Below are positions 20,606-30,272 of a stretch of 64,000 nt of DNA, in pieces. Positions within the stretch are counted from its first letter, which is position 1, and every line of letters begins with the position of its first letter. The stretch is taken from contig CAWBMN010000008.1 of the NCBI GenBank assembly GCA_963789945.1, forward strand, positions 20,810-84,809, written 5' to 3'. Source of the DNA: an uncultured beta proteobacterium (GTDB taxonomy: Bacteria; Pseudomonadota; Gammaproteobacteria; Burkholderiales; JACQAP01). The position numbers and the translations under genes are program-made. A model generated the notes under the pieces. It was not told where the DNA came from, made no database searches, and worked only from the letters and a program-made list of their open reading frames with translations.

Positions 20606-20809
20606 CTGGCTCCTCCCGATTTTATGGCGACGGACCGTCGTGGCGATGTCCATCATGGATTTGGGAATGATCGGTCAACCATACCACGCAATCCGCATAA
20701 CGGATCGGACACAACGGCGTTTACCGGGGCGGCCAATTTTGCCGCGAGCGCGCCGGCCTGAATGGCCGGGGTCACTATGCGCTTCGCTGCTCAGGCAGTT
20801 CTCGCCTTG

Positions 20810-21550
20810 TTAACCCTGGATCAGCACGATGTCCCAGACGATGAGCTTGGCTTCGGACTCTTCCTTGTCGGTCGGCGGCAAGACCTTCGCGATCAGGCTG
20901 TCCTTAGCCCAGGACTGTTGCAGCAACGGGTCCTTATCGTTGAGCGCTTCTCCGGCGAAGTACATCTGCGTGATCAACCGGTTCACCTTGCCGGTGATAT
21001 CGAAGTGAACGTGGGGCGGACGCCAGTACTCGGGGACAACCGGGTACGCACCCGGCTTCACCGTCTTGAACCGGTAACGCCCTTCTGAGTCGGTGATCAC
21101 GGTGGCGTAACCGTCGAAATTGGGATCGCGAGGCGCCGGATTGCGATCATGCGGATGCGTGTAGCGGCCGGCCGCATTGGCCTGCCAGATCTCGAGCTTC
21201 ACACCGGGACAAGACTCCCCGCGAACACTCAGGACTCTTCCCATCACGTAGATGGGATTGCCGGCGGCCTTTCCGGAACGCCCCTTCAATTGCGTCAGAT
21301 CGTTGCCGCCATCGGCCGGCTTCTGGACCGGATAGAACGGTCCGAGAATCTGGTCCGGGGTCGGCATCGGTCCACGGGGGTCGAAGCCCGGTGAGTCCTG
21401 CGCTGCCGCACGCAATGGCGCGGCCAGCGTCGCGACACCGAGCGCCAGCGACATCTTCAGCAACCTGCGTCTCGATTGCAGTTCGTCGGGACAGGTGGGA
21501 AGCTGGTCGGTCGAGAAAGTCGGAACGAGAATTTTTCTTTCTTCGGTCAT
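20810..21550 (-). CDS. Intradiol ring-cleavage dioxygenase (protocatechuate 3,4-dioxygenase beta-like) with a Tat-like leader
   Basis: GPFYP, EIWQANAAGRY, KPGAYP, WRPPHVHF, LITQMYF; SRRRLLK followed by a hydrophobic stretch. Confidence 0.85.
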   Translation of the reverse strand: MTEERKILVPTFSTDQLPTCPDELQSRRRLLKMSLALGVATLAAPLRAAAQDSPGFDPRGPMPTPDQILGPFYPVQKPADGGNDLTQLKGRSGKAAGNPIYVMGRVLSVRGESCPGVKLEIWQANAAGRYTHPHDRNPAPRDPNFDGYATVITDSEGRYRFKTVKPGAYPVVPEYWRPPHVHFDITGKVNRLITQMYFAGEALNDKDPLLQQSWAKDSLIAKVLPPTDKEESEAKLIVWDIVLIQG

Positions 21551-21595
21551 GGTCCTGGTCCTTGGGTGTGCTATTGAAAATTCTTTCCGGGCGCG

Positions 21596-22330
21596 CTATC
21601 TCGCCGGCCTGATCCCGGCGGCCCAGGTGATCCCGCCGAGGATGTGCTCAAGGAACAACGGTTCCCTGTACGTCTCGACGGTATGCCCGAGTGCGGTATA
21701 CCAGGCGCGGCCGCCATCGTAGTCGTGGTACCACGCCATTGGATGGTTCGCGCCCATCCTACCGCCCCGATACGTCGATTCGTTGATCCGGATCAATACC
21801 GTGATATCGGAGGCGAGGTCATTGCGGAAGTCATACCATTCGTCGGTGCGCTTCCATTCGATGGGCAGGTGCCGGGTGGACTCGTGGGACGGGTCCACCA
21901 CTTTCAGGGTCGCCGGCTGGATAACGGGGTGTCTGCGGAAATAGTTTCCGACAAGGTCGCCGTACCAGGGCCAGTCGTATTCGGTGTCGGTCGCTGAATG
22001 AATGCCGACAAATCCCCCGCCGCGCCGAACGAACCTCTGGAACGCCGCCTGTTCACCGGGGTTGAAGATGTCGCCGGATGTGCTGAGGAAAACCACCACC
22101 CGGTACTGCGCCAGATTCGTGTCGTTGAAGACCGTGGCGTCTTCGCTGGCGTCAACGCGGAAATCGTTCTGCTCGCCCAGCGCCCGAATGGCGGCGATGC
22201 CGGAGGGAATCGAATCGTGCCGATATCCCGCAGTCTTCGAGAAAACCAGGACGGAAAACGCCGGTTCAGGCGATTCCGCACCGGCGGCTCCTGACGCACA
22301 AATTGACAGTGCGAGAGCGAGCCCAAGCAT
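21596..22330 (-). CDS. ThuA-like domain protein, secreted
   Basis: VLVFSKTAGYRHDSI, GGGFVGIHSATDTEYDW, DEWY, GRAWYTALGH. Confidence 0.88.
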   Translation of the reverse strand: MLGLALALSICASGAAGAESPEPAFSVLVFSKTAGYRHDSIPSGIAAIRALGEQNDFRVDASEDATVFNDTNLAQYRVVVFLSTSGDIFNPGEQAAFQRFVRRGGGFVGIHSATDTEYDWPWYGDLVGNYFRRHPVIQPATLKVVDPSHESTRHLPIEWKRTDEWYDFRNDLASDITVLIRINESTYRGGRMGANHPMAWYHDYDGGRAWYTALGHTVETYREPLFLEHILGGITWAAGIRPAR

Positions 22331-22369
22331 TACGGACCCGCAATAATCCACTCCCCAGGTTCTGGCCCT

Positions 22370-22411
22370 GGCGACGTTGACCACCTGTTCGATCACTTTC
22401 AGCATTGACAG
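22370..22411 (-). repeat. Degenerate copy of a C-terminal segment of the carbonic anhydrase gene (24343-24384)
   Basis: GGCGACGTTGACCACCTGTTCGATCACTTTCAGC vs GGCAACGTTGACCACCTGCTCGATCACGTTCAGC (3 mismatches); both encode VIEQVVNVA. Confidence 0.75.
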
Positions 22412-22425
22412 CCTGTGGTGTCCCC

Positions 22426-23487
22426 TCATCCCCGCTCCTTGCAGATCTGCGGGTCCACCTGGAAACCCGGCGCGGGACCATAGGCGCAGGCCGCTCCGTT
22501 TTTGTCCACGTGCGTCAGTTTCAGCGACCAGTCGGCGCCCCCATTGCACTGAGGATAATGCATCACGGAGAAGCGGTCGTAATCGGTGAGCGGCCGCCAG
22601 TTGTTGTCCTCGAAGCAGGTCCCGGATTCCGGGCGGGTGTGCTCGTGCCGCCAGCCTAGCGTGTGGCCAATCTCGTGGCGAAGAATCCCGACCAGTTGCA
22701 GGGCCCCGTCGGGATCCAGACGGAACGAGGATTCATCGATCAGCAGGTTGCGTTCGCCGCGTTCTTCGTTCGGGAAGAATGCCCGGGCCAGATATTGCCC
22801 GTACACGTTGACCGGCCGGATATCGAACACGACGTCGGCATTTTCGGCCGTGCAGTCGGCGTCCTCGGCCGCAACGTGGATGAAATCCACATCCGCGACC
22901 TGTTCCCAGGCGCCGGCGGCGGCCTCCATATCCTTGATGACCTGTCGTTGCCGGTCGCCGAAAGCACTGCTCACGCAGTACGTCAGACGCTTCCTGTGGT
23001 TCGAATCCCAGATGGCATTCCGGCCACCGACCTTGTGCACGATCAGCGCCCCCGGCACCGTTTCGGGTGATTCGCGCTTGATGCGCGTTTCAAAAAACTC
23101 CCGGAGCCGCTTGCGATCGGGGATGGCGATGTCACCGCTGACGATGTATTTGCCACCCGGGAACGGCTCCTTGTAAGTGGACTGCTCGAACGCTTCGAAG
23201 GCCAGGTCCGCCCATAGCCGGCACTCCTCCTTCGCTTTGCGCTCGAGTTGCGACATGGCCTCCGCGACAGTCTCGGGCGTGGCTTCCACCCGCTCCGTCG
23301 CGGGACGGATGTGCGTCCCGGCGGGGCTCTCTCCCGCCGGTTGCTGCAATTCCTCGTTAGTGGACTGCGTCGGCCTTTCGCAATCGGTGTCGGTCTCAGC
23401 GCCGATGGCGGGCGCAAAACCGGAAAACAAAAGGCAACTAAAGGCAAGAACGCATGCGCCTGGCAATACTGCCAAAAAGCGTCTCAT
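22426..23487 (-). CDS. Secreted metzincin metalloprotease (matrixin/M57-like)
   Basis: Signal peptide; LARAFFP, HEIGHTLGWRHEH, Met-turn SVMHY. Confidence 0.87.
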   Translation of the reverse strand: MRRFLAVLPGACVLAFSCLLFSGFAPAIGAETDTDCERPTQSTNEELQQPAGESPAGTHIRPATERVEATPETVAEAMSQLERKAKEECRLWADLAFEAFEQSTYKEPFPGGKYIVSGDIAIPDRKRLREFFETRIKRESPETVPGALIVHKVGGRNAIWDSNHRKRLTYCVSSAFGDRQRQVIKDMEAAAGAWEQVADVDFIHVAAEDADCTAENADVVFDIRPVNVYGQYLARAFFPNEERGERNLLIDESSFRLDPDGALQLVGILRHEIGHTLGWRHEHTRPESGTCFEDNNWRPLTDYDRFSVMHYPQCNGGADWSLKLTHVDKNGAACAYGPAPGFQVDPQICKERG

Positions 23488-23537
23488 ACGCTACCTCCCA
23501 CGCGCCGGGTTTTCCCGTGCGCAAAGCCAATGAATCC

Positions 23538-23993
23538 TTACTTCTTCAGACAAGGTTCCACCACGACATTGAACAACTCGACTTTTTCCGCCATCGCACG
23601 CAGTTCCAGCAGAAGCGCGCGCGCTGCGGCAACATCCTTCGCCTCGACGCACAGACGCGTCTCGCCTTCCAGGCCAATGCGTGTCTCCTTGAGCCTTATC
23701 ACCTCGCCGCGCTGCTGCGCGCCCTCTAGCAGCGTATGCGCTTTCCGAAGCGCACCGCGTGTCGGTTCCGGTACGCCCTTGCCCCGCGACAGCGCATAGA
23801 CTGCAAACTCGGCGCTCGATTTTTCCGCCGCCCGCGCTTCGCTCTTCACCCCGGAAGCCTCGCCAGATGGGGACAGTGCCGCCAGCGCAAGGATGCCCAG
23901 AGACAGAACGATCGACAGGGGACGCAGGCCACCCTTCGCGGCGTTCCTTTCCCGTGCCGCGTACCTTGGGGACCTCTCGTCCTCTTCTCGCAT
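23538..23993 (-). CDS. Hypothetical exported protein
   Basis: Hydrophobic N-segment; VYALSRGKGVP, IGLEGETRLC...VEPC; co-oriented just upstream of the matrixin; start uncertain. Confidence 0.6.
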   Translation of the reverse strand: MREEDERSPRYAARERNAAKGGLRPLSIVLSLGILALAALSPSGEASGVKSEARAAEKSSAEFAVYALSRGKGVPEPTRGALRKAHTLLEGAQQRGEVIRLKETRIGLEGETRLCVEAKDVAAARALLLELRAMAEKVELFNVVVEPCLKK

Positions 23994-24174
23994 CGTCCGC
24001 TCCCGTCCCGGCGGCCGGTCCGGCGCCGTCCGGGCATTTCCTTCTTTGTCAGGCTTCTTCCTCACAAGTTTCGCCCCGACTCGGGTGCCTTTGCGTCACG
24101 TTACGTTCCTCACGGCCTTGCTCCATCGCGATCTGTTGGTTCCGCGGCGCTGAATGGTCATCCAGCCGAAACGC

Positions 24175-24822
24175 CTAACGTTCTCCTGCCCCAACCGCTG
24201 ACGCATAACGTGCTTGCAGGTTTTCCGCCTGCGCGACGCTCATGCCGAGGTCGCGGATCAATCCATCCCGGATGCCGTAGATCCAGCCGTGCACGGTGAG
24301 CGTCTGGCCGCGCGCCCAGGCGTCCTGCACCACCGTGGTCTGGGCAACGTTGACCACCTGCTCGATCACGTTCAGCTCGCACAGGCGGGCGATGCGCTCA
24401 TCCCTCGCCTTCTTGCCGGCAAGCATATCGCGGTGCTTCTGGCCGACGTCCTGCACGTGGCGCAGCCAGTTGTCCACCAGCCCCAGCTTGAGATGATCGT
24501 GCGCGGCGATCACGCCGCCGCAGCCGTAATGGCCGCAAACGATGATGTGTTTCACCTTCAGTACATCCACCGCGTACTGCAGCACCGACAGGCAATTCAA
24601 GTCGGCGTGCACCACCACGTTGGCGACGTTGCGATGGACGAACACTTCACCGGGCGCAAGGCCGGTGATCTGGTTGGCGGGAACGCGGCTGTCGGAGCAG
24701 CCGATCCACAGGTACTCCGGCGTCTGCAGGTGTGCGAGCTGGTCGAAGAAATCCGGTTCGCGCTTGCGCACGCCTTCAGCCCAGGCGCGATTGTTCTTGA
24801 GTAGATGACTCAGGTCGTTCAT
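24175..24822 (-). CDS. can: Beta-class carbonic anhydrase
   Basis: WIGCSDSRVP, FVHRNVAN, GHYGCGG. Confidence 0.95.
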   Translation of the reverse strand: MNDLSHLLKNNRAWAEGVRKREPDFFDQLAHLQTPEYLWIGCSDSRVPANQITGLAPGEVFVHRNVANVVVHADLNCLSVLQYAVDVLKVKHIIVCGHYGCGGVIAAHDHLKLGLVDNWLRHVQDVGQKHRDMLAGKKARDERIARLCELNVIEQVVNVAQTTVVQDAWARGQTLTVHGWIYGIRDGLIRDLGMSVAQAENLQARYASAVGAGER

Positions 24823-25077
24823 GCGTGCGGCCCGGGAAGAATTGGCACGATCTCGTGTGGCCCGAAGTTTACCGGAGGCGCGAGACGCCGGGTTGCGAGG
24901 CAGCCCGGAAATCTGCGCCATTACAGCCGGGGGCTTCTTCGGCAGGCACCGCTCAACTGTACGTCGCGAATGGGGTCGTGTAACCTGATTGCGCGCGTGG
25001 AGACGATTCGCACATCGCTTTCGTGACTCGTGTCAGCAGAAGTACGTTGTCGTTCCCGACTCCCCGGAACCCCTCGA

Positions 25078-26061
25078 ATGAAATCAGCACAACTCAGCGC
25101 AATTGGCCCGGCGGAAAAATCGGTCCGTTGCATCGATGTCCCTGACCCGGGCGCCCCCGGCGCCGGCGAGGTGCTGGTCGATGTCGTCGCCTGCTCGATC
25201 AACCCGGCCGACATCCTGATAATCGAGGGAAAATACGCAACCAGGCCGACACCACCGTGCGCGCTTGGCATCGAGGGTGCCGGCACCGTCGCGGCTGTCG
25301 GGGCAGGCGTGACCAACCTCAAGGTCGGCGACAAGGTCATGAGCCTGGGTCGCACCAACTGGATCCAGCGCATCCGCGACAAAGCGGAGACCTTCGTTCG
25401 TCTGCCGAAGGAAGTGGACCTCGCGCAGGCTGCTATGCTGAAGGTCAATGTCGCCACCGCGCACCTGATGCTGACCCAGTATGTCCAACTGAAGCGCGGC
25501 GACTGGGTCATTCAGAACGCCGCCAACTCCGGCGTCGGCGTCGACCTGATCCGGTTGGCCCATGCCGACGGAATTCGCAGCGTCAACGTCGTGCGCCGCG
25601 CTGCATTGGTTGATGCGCTAAAGAAGCTTGGCGCCGACGTGGTCGTCGTCGACGGGCCGGATGTGGCACAGCGAGTCGCGAAGGAAACCGGCGGCGCAGC
25701 GATCAAGCTCGGCATCGACGCGGTTGCCGGCGCGGCCACCGGCCGGCTCGCGCAATGCGTGGCCGAAGGCGGCACGGTGGTCAATTACGGACTGATGTCC
25801 GGCGAGCAGTGCCAGATCGATGCGTCCCACTTCCTGTTCCGCGACATTCACCTGGTTGGTTTCTGGCTGGCCAAAGTGATGCGCGGCATGAAGTTCGACG
25901 AGATTCAGGGGCTGTACGGGAAACTCGGTGCGCGACTGCTGGACGGGACGATTCACGTCGAGGTCGAGGCCAGTTATCCGCTGGAGAAAATCTCCGATGC
26001 CATGGCCCACGCCAAACGTGAAGCGCGCGGCGGCAAGGTGCAATTGCGGCCCAACGGCTAG
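25078..26061 (+). CDS. MDR-family reductase (trans-2-enoyl-CoA reductase-like)
   Basis: INPAD, GIEGAG, IQNAANSGVG, YGLMSG, GFWL. Confidence 0.85.
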   Translation: MKSAQLSAIGPAEKSVRCIDVPDPGAPGAGEVLVDVVACSINPADILIIEGKYATRPTPPCALGIEGAGTVAAVGAGVTNLKVGDKVMSLGRTNWIQRIRDKAETFVRLPKEVDLAQAAMLKVNVATAHLMLTQYVQLKRGDWVIQNAANSGVGVDLIRLAHADGIRSVNVVRRAALVDALKKLGADVVVVDGPDVAQRVAKETGGAAIKLGIDAVAGAATGRLAQCVAEGGTVVNYGLMSGEQCQIDASHFLFRDIHLVGFWLAKVMRGMKFDEIQGLYGKLGARLLDGTIHVEVEASYPLEKISDAMAHAKREARGGKVQLRPNG

Positions 26062-26086
26062 GGAAGCTCTGCATGGAGAAGTTCAC

Positions 26087-26677
26087 ATGAAAAGCTTCGA
26101 ATTCTGGTTCGACTTCGGCAGCACGGCCTCCTACCTCGCGTGGACGCAACTCCCCGCCCTTGAAGCCGAGACCGGGGCCACCGCTGTTCTCAAGCCGATG
26201 CTGCTGGGCGGCGTGTTCCAGGCCACCGGCAATCAATCGCCGGCCAACATTCCCGCGAAGGGCAAGTACCTGTTTGTGGACTTCGACCGGTTTGCCGAAC
26301 GCTACGGCGTGCCATTCAAGGTGAACCCGAATTTCCCCATCAACACCCTGCTGCTGATGCGTGGTGCCATCGTTTTGCAGATGAAGGGCGACCCGCGATT
26401 CAGGGATTACTGCAACGCCATTTTCAACGCCATCTGGGTCGATTCGCTGAACATGAACGACCCGGCCACGGCAGCGGAGGCGCTGCGAAAGGCGGGTTTC
26501 GACGCCCAGGCCCTGGTTGCCGCGGCCAGCGAGCAGAGCACCAAGGACGCGCTCAAGGCCGCCACCCAGAAAGCCGTGGATCGCGGCGTCTTCGGCGCAC
26601 CGACGTTCTTCGTCGGCGACCAGATGTTTTGGGGGCAGGACCGGATGGATTTCGTGAAGGAAGCGCTGCAAAAATGA
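26087..26677 (+). CDS. 2-hydroxychromene-2-carboxylate isomerase / kappa-GST (DsbA) family protein
   Basis: FWFDFGS..SYLA, GVFGAPTFFV, FWGQDR. Confidence 0.9.
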   Translation: MKSFEFWFDFGSTASYLAWTQLPALEAETGATAVLKPMLLGGVFQATGNQSPANIPAKGKYLFVDFDRFAERYGVPFKVNPNFPINTLLLMRGAIVLQMKGDPRFRDYCNAIFNAIWVDSLNMNDPATAAEALRKAGFDAQALVAAASEQSTKDALKAATQKAVDRGVFGAPTFFVGDQMFWGQDRMDFVKEALQK

Positions 26678-26911
26678 ACGCCTGAAGGCGCGCGCGTGAC
26701 AAGGCATCCGCGCCCGTCGCACGGGGTTCGGAGAACGGCCCGTGACTTCCCATATGGGTGACGCCGAGCACGCCAATTAGCCAGGAGTCCGGACCGGTAC
26801 CCGTTGTTGTGTCGCATACTCTGGGTATCGAAAGTCGGAAGTAGCAAAAGCCATTATCTGGCCCTGTCGTTGTGGCGGAAGTCCGTTGCGTTTCGGGAGG
26901 GGAGGAAACGA

Positions 26912-28483
26912 ATGATCGTCCGCAGCCCGTATCCCGATGTAACCATCCCCGAGATGGCCTTCGATCGCTTCGTCCTGCACAAGGCCGCGGCGCTCGGCGA
27001 CAAGCCGGCCCTTGTCGATGTCGGTACCGGGTACACGTTGACCTATGCCCAGCTCGCTCTACGTGTTCGGCAATTCGCCTCGGGCCTTGCCAGGCGCGGG
27101 TTCCGCAAGGGCGACGTCATGGCGATCTTCAGTCCCAACCATCCGGACTATGCAGTGGCTTTCCTCGGTATTGCGGCGGCGGGGGGCGCGAGCGCGACGA
27201 TCAATCCCCTCTACACGGCGGACGAACTCACCGCTCAGTTGCAGGACGCCGGGGCGAAATTCCTGCTGACCATCCCGCCGCTGCTGGAACGGGCGAGGGA
27301 GGCCGCGCTTCGGTCGGGCGTCAAGGAAGTCTTTGTCATCGGCGCCGCGCCGGGCGTCGTATCTCTCGACGACCTGCTCGACCGCGAACCTTCAGAACCA
27401 GTTCATCAGTGCGATGCGCGCAACGACCTCACGGCGATTCCGTTTTCCTCGGGGACGACCGGCCGATCCAAAGGAGTGATGCTCACGCACTTCAACCTGA
27501 CGGCGAACATCCGCCAATGCCTGACTGCGGACATGATCGTGGAGTCCGACCGGGTGCTGGCCACGCTGCCGTTTTTTCACATCTACGGCATGGTCCTGAT
27601 CCTCGGGTTGGGGTTGTACCGGGGCGTGACGCTGTACACGATGCCGCGTTTCGATTTGGAAGTTTTCCTGCGCGCCATTCAAGATCGAAAGATCACCTAC
27701 GCGCCCTGCGTCCCGCCCATCGTCCTGGCACTCGCCAAGCATCCATTGGTGGACCAGTTCGACTTGAGGTCCCTCAGGCTGATTGCCTCCGGTGCCGCGC
27801 CGATCGCGGCGAGCACATTGCGCGCCTGCGCCGAACGGCTGAAGTGCAACATGATGCAAGGCTATGGCATGACCGAGGCGAGCGGGGCTACGCACCTCAA
27901 CGCGCGCGCCCTCGATCCGCAAAAGGCGACATCCATTGGCCCGCCGGTGCCGAACTGCGAGGCCAAGGTCGTCGATATCGTCAGCGGTGCCGCCCTCGGC
28001 CCGAAAGAGCAGGGCGAAATCTGCGTGCGGGGCCCGAACATCATGCGCGGCTACCTCAACCTCCCGGACGCCACGGCGCAGAGCATCGACGCCGAGGGCT
28101 GGTACCACACCGGCGACATCGGCTACGCGGACGACGAGGGGTATTTCTATGTCGTGGACCGGTTGAAGGAACTGATCAAGTACAGCGGCTACCAGGTTGC
28201 GCCGGCCGAACTGGAAGCGGTACTGGTGTCGCATCCGGCGGTCGCCGATGCGGCGGTGATCCCCAGCCCGGACGAGGAGCATGGCGAGATCCCCAAGGCC
28301 TTTGTCGTGCGCAAGGGCGAGTTGAGTGAGCAGGAAGTGATGGACTACGTCGCGGCGCGCGTGGCGCCCTTCAAGAAGGTGCGCCTCGTCGAGTTCATCG
28401 ACCAGATCCCCAAATCGCCCACGGGCAAAATCCTTCGCCGCGAGTTGCGGGAACGGGAGCGGCTTCGCATCGGCGCCGCCTAG
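26912..28483 (+). CDS. AMP-dependent CoA ligase (4-coumarate-CoA ligase-like)
   Basis: SSGTTGRSKGV, QGYGMTE, GEICVRG, HTGDIG, DRLKELIK, PKSPTGKILRR. Confidence 0.92.
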   Translation: MIVRSPYPDVTIPEMAFDRFVLHKAAALGDKPALVDVGTGYTLTYAQLALRVRQFASGLARRGFRKGDVMAIFSPNHPDYAVAFLGIAAAGGASATINPLYTADELTAQLQDAGAKFLLTIPPLLERAREAALRSGVKEVFVIGAAPGVVSLDDLLDREPSEPVHQCDARNDLTAIPFSSGTTGRSKGVMLTHFNLTANIRQCLTADMIVESDRVLATLPFFHIYGMVLILGLGLYRGVTLYTMPRFDLEVFLRAIQDRKITYAPCVPPIVLALAKHPLVDQFDLRSLRLIASGAAPIAASTLRACAERLKCNMMQGYGMTEASGATHLNARALDPQKATSIGPPVPNCEAKVVDIVSGAALGPKEQGEICVRGPNIMRGYLNLPDATAQSIDAEGWYHTGDIGYADDEGYFYVVDRLKELIKYSGYQVAPAELEAVLVSHPAVADAAVIPSPDEEHGEIPKAFVVRKGELSEQEVMDYVAARVAPFKKVRLVEFIDQIPKSPTGKILRRELRERERLRIGAA

Positions 28484-28576
28484 CGGGTTGCTGCGGTCCG
28501 CGTCACCTTCGTTTACCGTTCAAGGCTGCAGCATGAATCGAGTCCACTTGCAGGCCCGACCACTTTCGCCCTCTAT

Positions 28577-28613
28577 CACCCCTCGCCCCTTGCCCCTCGC
28601 CCCTCGTCCCTCA
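28577..28613. repeat. Solo GCCCCTC heptamer arm
   Basis: CCCCTCGCCCCTTGCCCCTCGCCCCTCGTCCCTCA; same unit as the right arm of the 13135-13280 element. Confidence 0.7.
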
Positions 28614-29480
28614 TTTCTTTGTGACCACAACCTCGAGATATTCGCCGGGCACGACGAGCGAGCTCGAGCCGGCTACGTTCAGGCCTTCGAGCAGCGCCGT
28701 AATGTCTTTGGTCAAGCCCGCCTGGCGAGCGGGTTCCAGCGCCGCATAAGCCTTGTGCGTGGGTCCGTAGAAGTTGCGGAACACCTCGATCCAGTGCGCG
28801 GCCGACCGGTAGCGGAAATTGAAGTTCCGCCGCACACAGCGAATGTCGATCGCTTCCGGGCCGAACAGCTCGACGATCCTCGGCTCGGCGCCCCACAGCG
28901 CAGGGGATTTTGTGCCGGCGGGCGGCGGCACGTAGGCACCGATCACGCGAAAGAGCTGGCCGATAAAACCTTCCGGCGTCCAGTTCGCCATGCCTATGCG
29001 GCCACCACTGCGAACCACGCGCATCAACTCGTGCGCTGCCTTATGGTGTTCGGGCGTAAACATCGCACCGAACGTGGACAGCACCACGTCGAAGGAGGCA
29101 TCGTCGAAGGGCAACGCCTCGGCATCCGCCACCTGAAACTGGACGTCCAGTCCCTCGGCCTTTGCCCGCGCCGCGCCCTTTTCCAGCAGATGCGGCACAT
29201 AGTCTGTCGAAGTCACGTTCGCGAAGCGCCGGGCGGCAGCCAGGGTGGCGTTGCCATTGCCCGCGGCCACGTCCAGTACCGCTTCACCGGCGCGCACGTC
29301 CGCCGCCTCCGCCAGCAATTCGCCGACGATCTGGAGCGTGGTGCCGACGATCGCGAAATCACCGCTGGCCCAGGTGGCCTGCTGGCGTTGCTTGATCGCG
29401 TTGAAATCGACATTGGCAGGGGCGGCAGCCGGCGCCATTGTCGGAGTGTTTGAAGTGCGGACGTTCAGTTCAAGATTCAC
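28611..29480 (-). CDS. Class I SAM-dependent methyltransferase
   Basis: VLDVAAGNGN, DAEALPF..SFDVV.STFG; GTG start after AAGGAG. Confidence 0.88.
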   Translation of the reverse strand: MNLELNVRTSNTPTMAPAAAPANVDFNAIKQRQQATWASGDFAIVGTTLQIVGELLAEAADVRAGEAVLDVAAGNGNATLAAARRFANVTSTDYVPHLLEKGAARAKAEGLDVQFQVADAEALPFDDASFDVVLSTFGAMFTPEHHKAAHELMRVVRSGGRIGMANWTPEGFIGQLFRVIGAYVPPPAGTKSPALWGAEPRIVELFGPEAIDIRCVRRNFNFRYRSAAHWIEVFRNFYGPTHKAYAALEPARQAGLTKDITALLEGLNVAGSSSLVVPGEYLEVVVTKK

Positions 29481-29534
29481 GTGGTTTCTCCTTATGATCG
29501 ATGGAAACAAATGGATGCGGGATTGGATGGGGCG

Positions 29535-30272
29535 TTACCGTGACCTGCCCGGCCACGGCAGGAGCATCCCGACCTGTTCCCGATAACGGCGATAGCGGTC
29601 CCCGAACTGCGCGATCAGGTCACGCTCTTCGAAATAGATGCCGATCAGGATGTAGCCGGTAGTCGCCACGGCAAAAAGAAGATGCCCCGCCGTCATGTGC
29701 GGCGTCGCCCAGAAGCCGAGCAGGAATCCGAGATAGATCGGATGGCGCACGTGACGGTACAGGAACGGCGTCCGGAATTCCGCTGCCGGCACGGTGCGGC
29801 CAAGCAGCCGCGCGAACACCTGCCGCAACCCGAACAGCTCGAAGTGGTTGATCAGGAAGGTGCTGGTCAGCAGCACCGCCCAACCGAGCCAGAATACGGC
29901 ATGCAGCGCCAGGACCGCGGTGCGGTTTTCCACTGTCCAGATCACCGGATCGGCGATCGGCCGCCACTGCCAGAGCAGCAGGGCGAGCGCCAGGGTCGCG
30001 GCCAGCACAAAGGTACTGCGCTCGATCGGCTCCGGCACGATGCGGGTCCACCAGCGCTTGAACGCGGGCCGGGCCATCACGCTGTGCTGCACGGCGAACA
30101 GGCCGAGCAGCAGCAGGTTTACGATCAAGGCCTCGGCCAGCGGCACCGCCGCCCCGCTGTCGATCGACTTCGGCACCGCCACGTTGCCCACGAAGGCGAT
30201 CGCGTACAGGAATGTCACGAGAAAAAAAGCATACGTTACGACGCCGTACAGGACTGTCAGGAATGCATTCAT
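29535..30272 (-). CDS. mddA: Methanethiol S-methyltransferase (isoprenylcysteine methyltransferase-like membrane protein)
   Basis: [60 protein letters not shown]. Confidence 0.82.
   Translation of the reverse strand: MNAFLTVLYGVVTYAFFLVTFLYAIAFVGNVAVPKSIDSGAAVPLAEALIVNLLLLGLFAVQHSVMARPAFKRWWTRIVPEPIERSTFVLAATLALALLLWQWRPIADPVIWTVENRTAVLALHAVFWLGWAVLLTSTFLINHFELFGLRQVFARLLGRTVPAAEFRTPFLYRHVRHPIYLGFLLGFWATPHMTAGHLLFAVATTGYILIGIYFEERDLIAQFGDRYRRYREQVGMLLPWPGRSR

Noticed and set aside
623-20761. Long antisense ORFs (e.g. 623-2125, 13546-15489, 18719-20761)
   Set aside because: These are shadow frames of well-supported genes in high-GC DNA, with no recognisable motifs.
22331-22549. Long N-terminal extension of the ThuA ORF
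   Set aside because: It consists of an alternative frame of the matrixin end plus the carbonic anhydrase fragment; the signal peptide starts at 22330.
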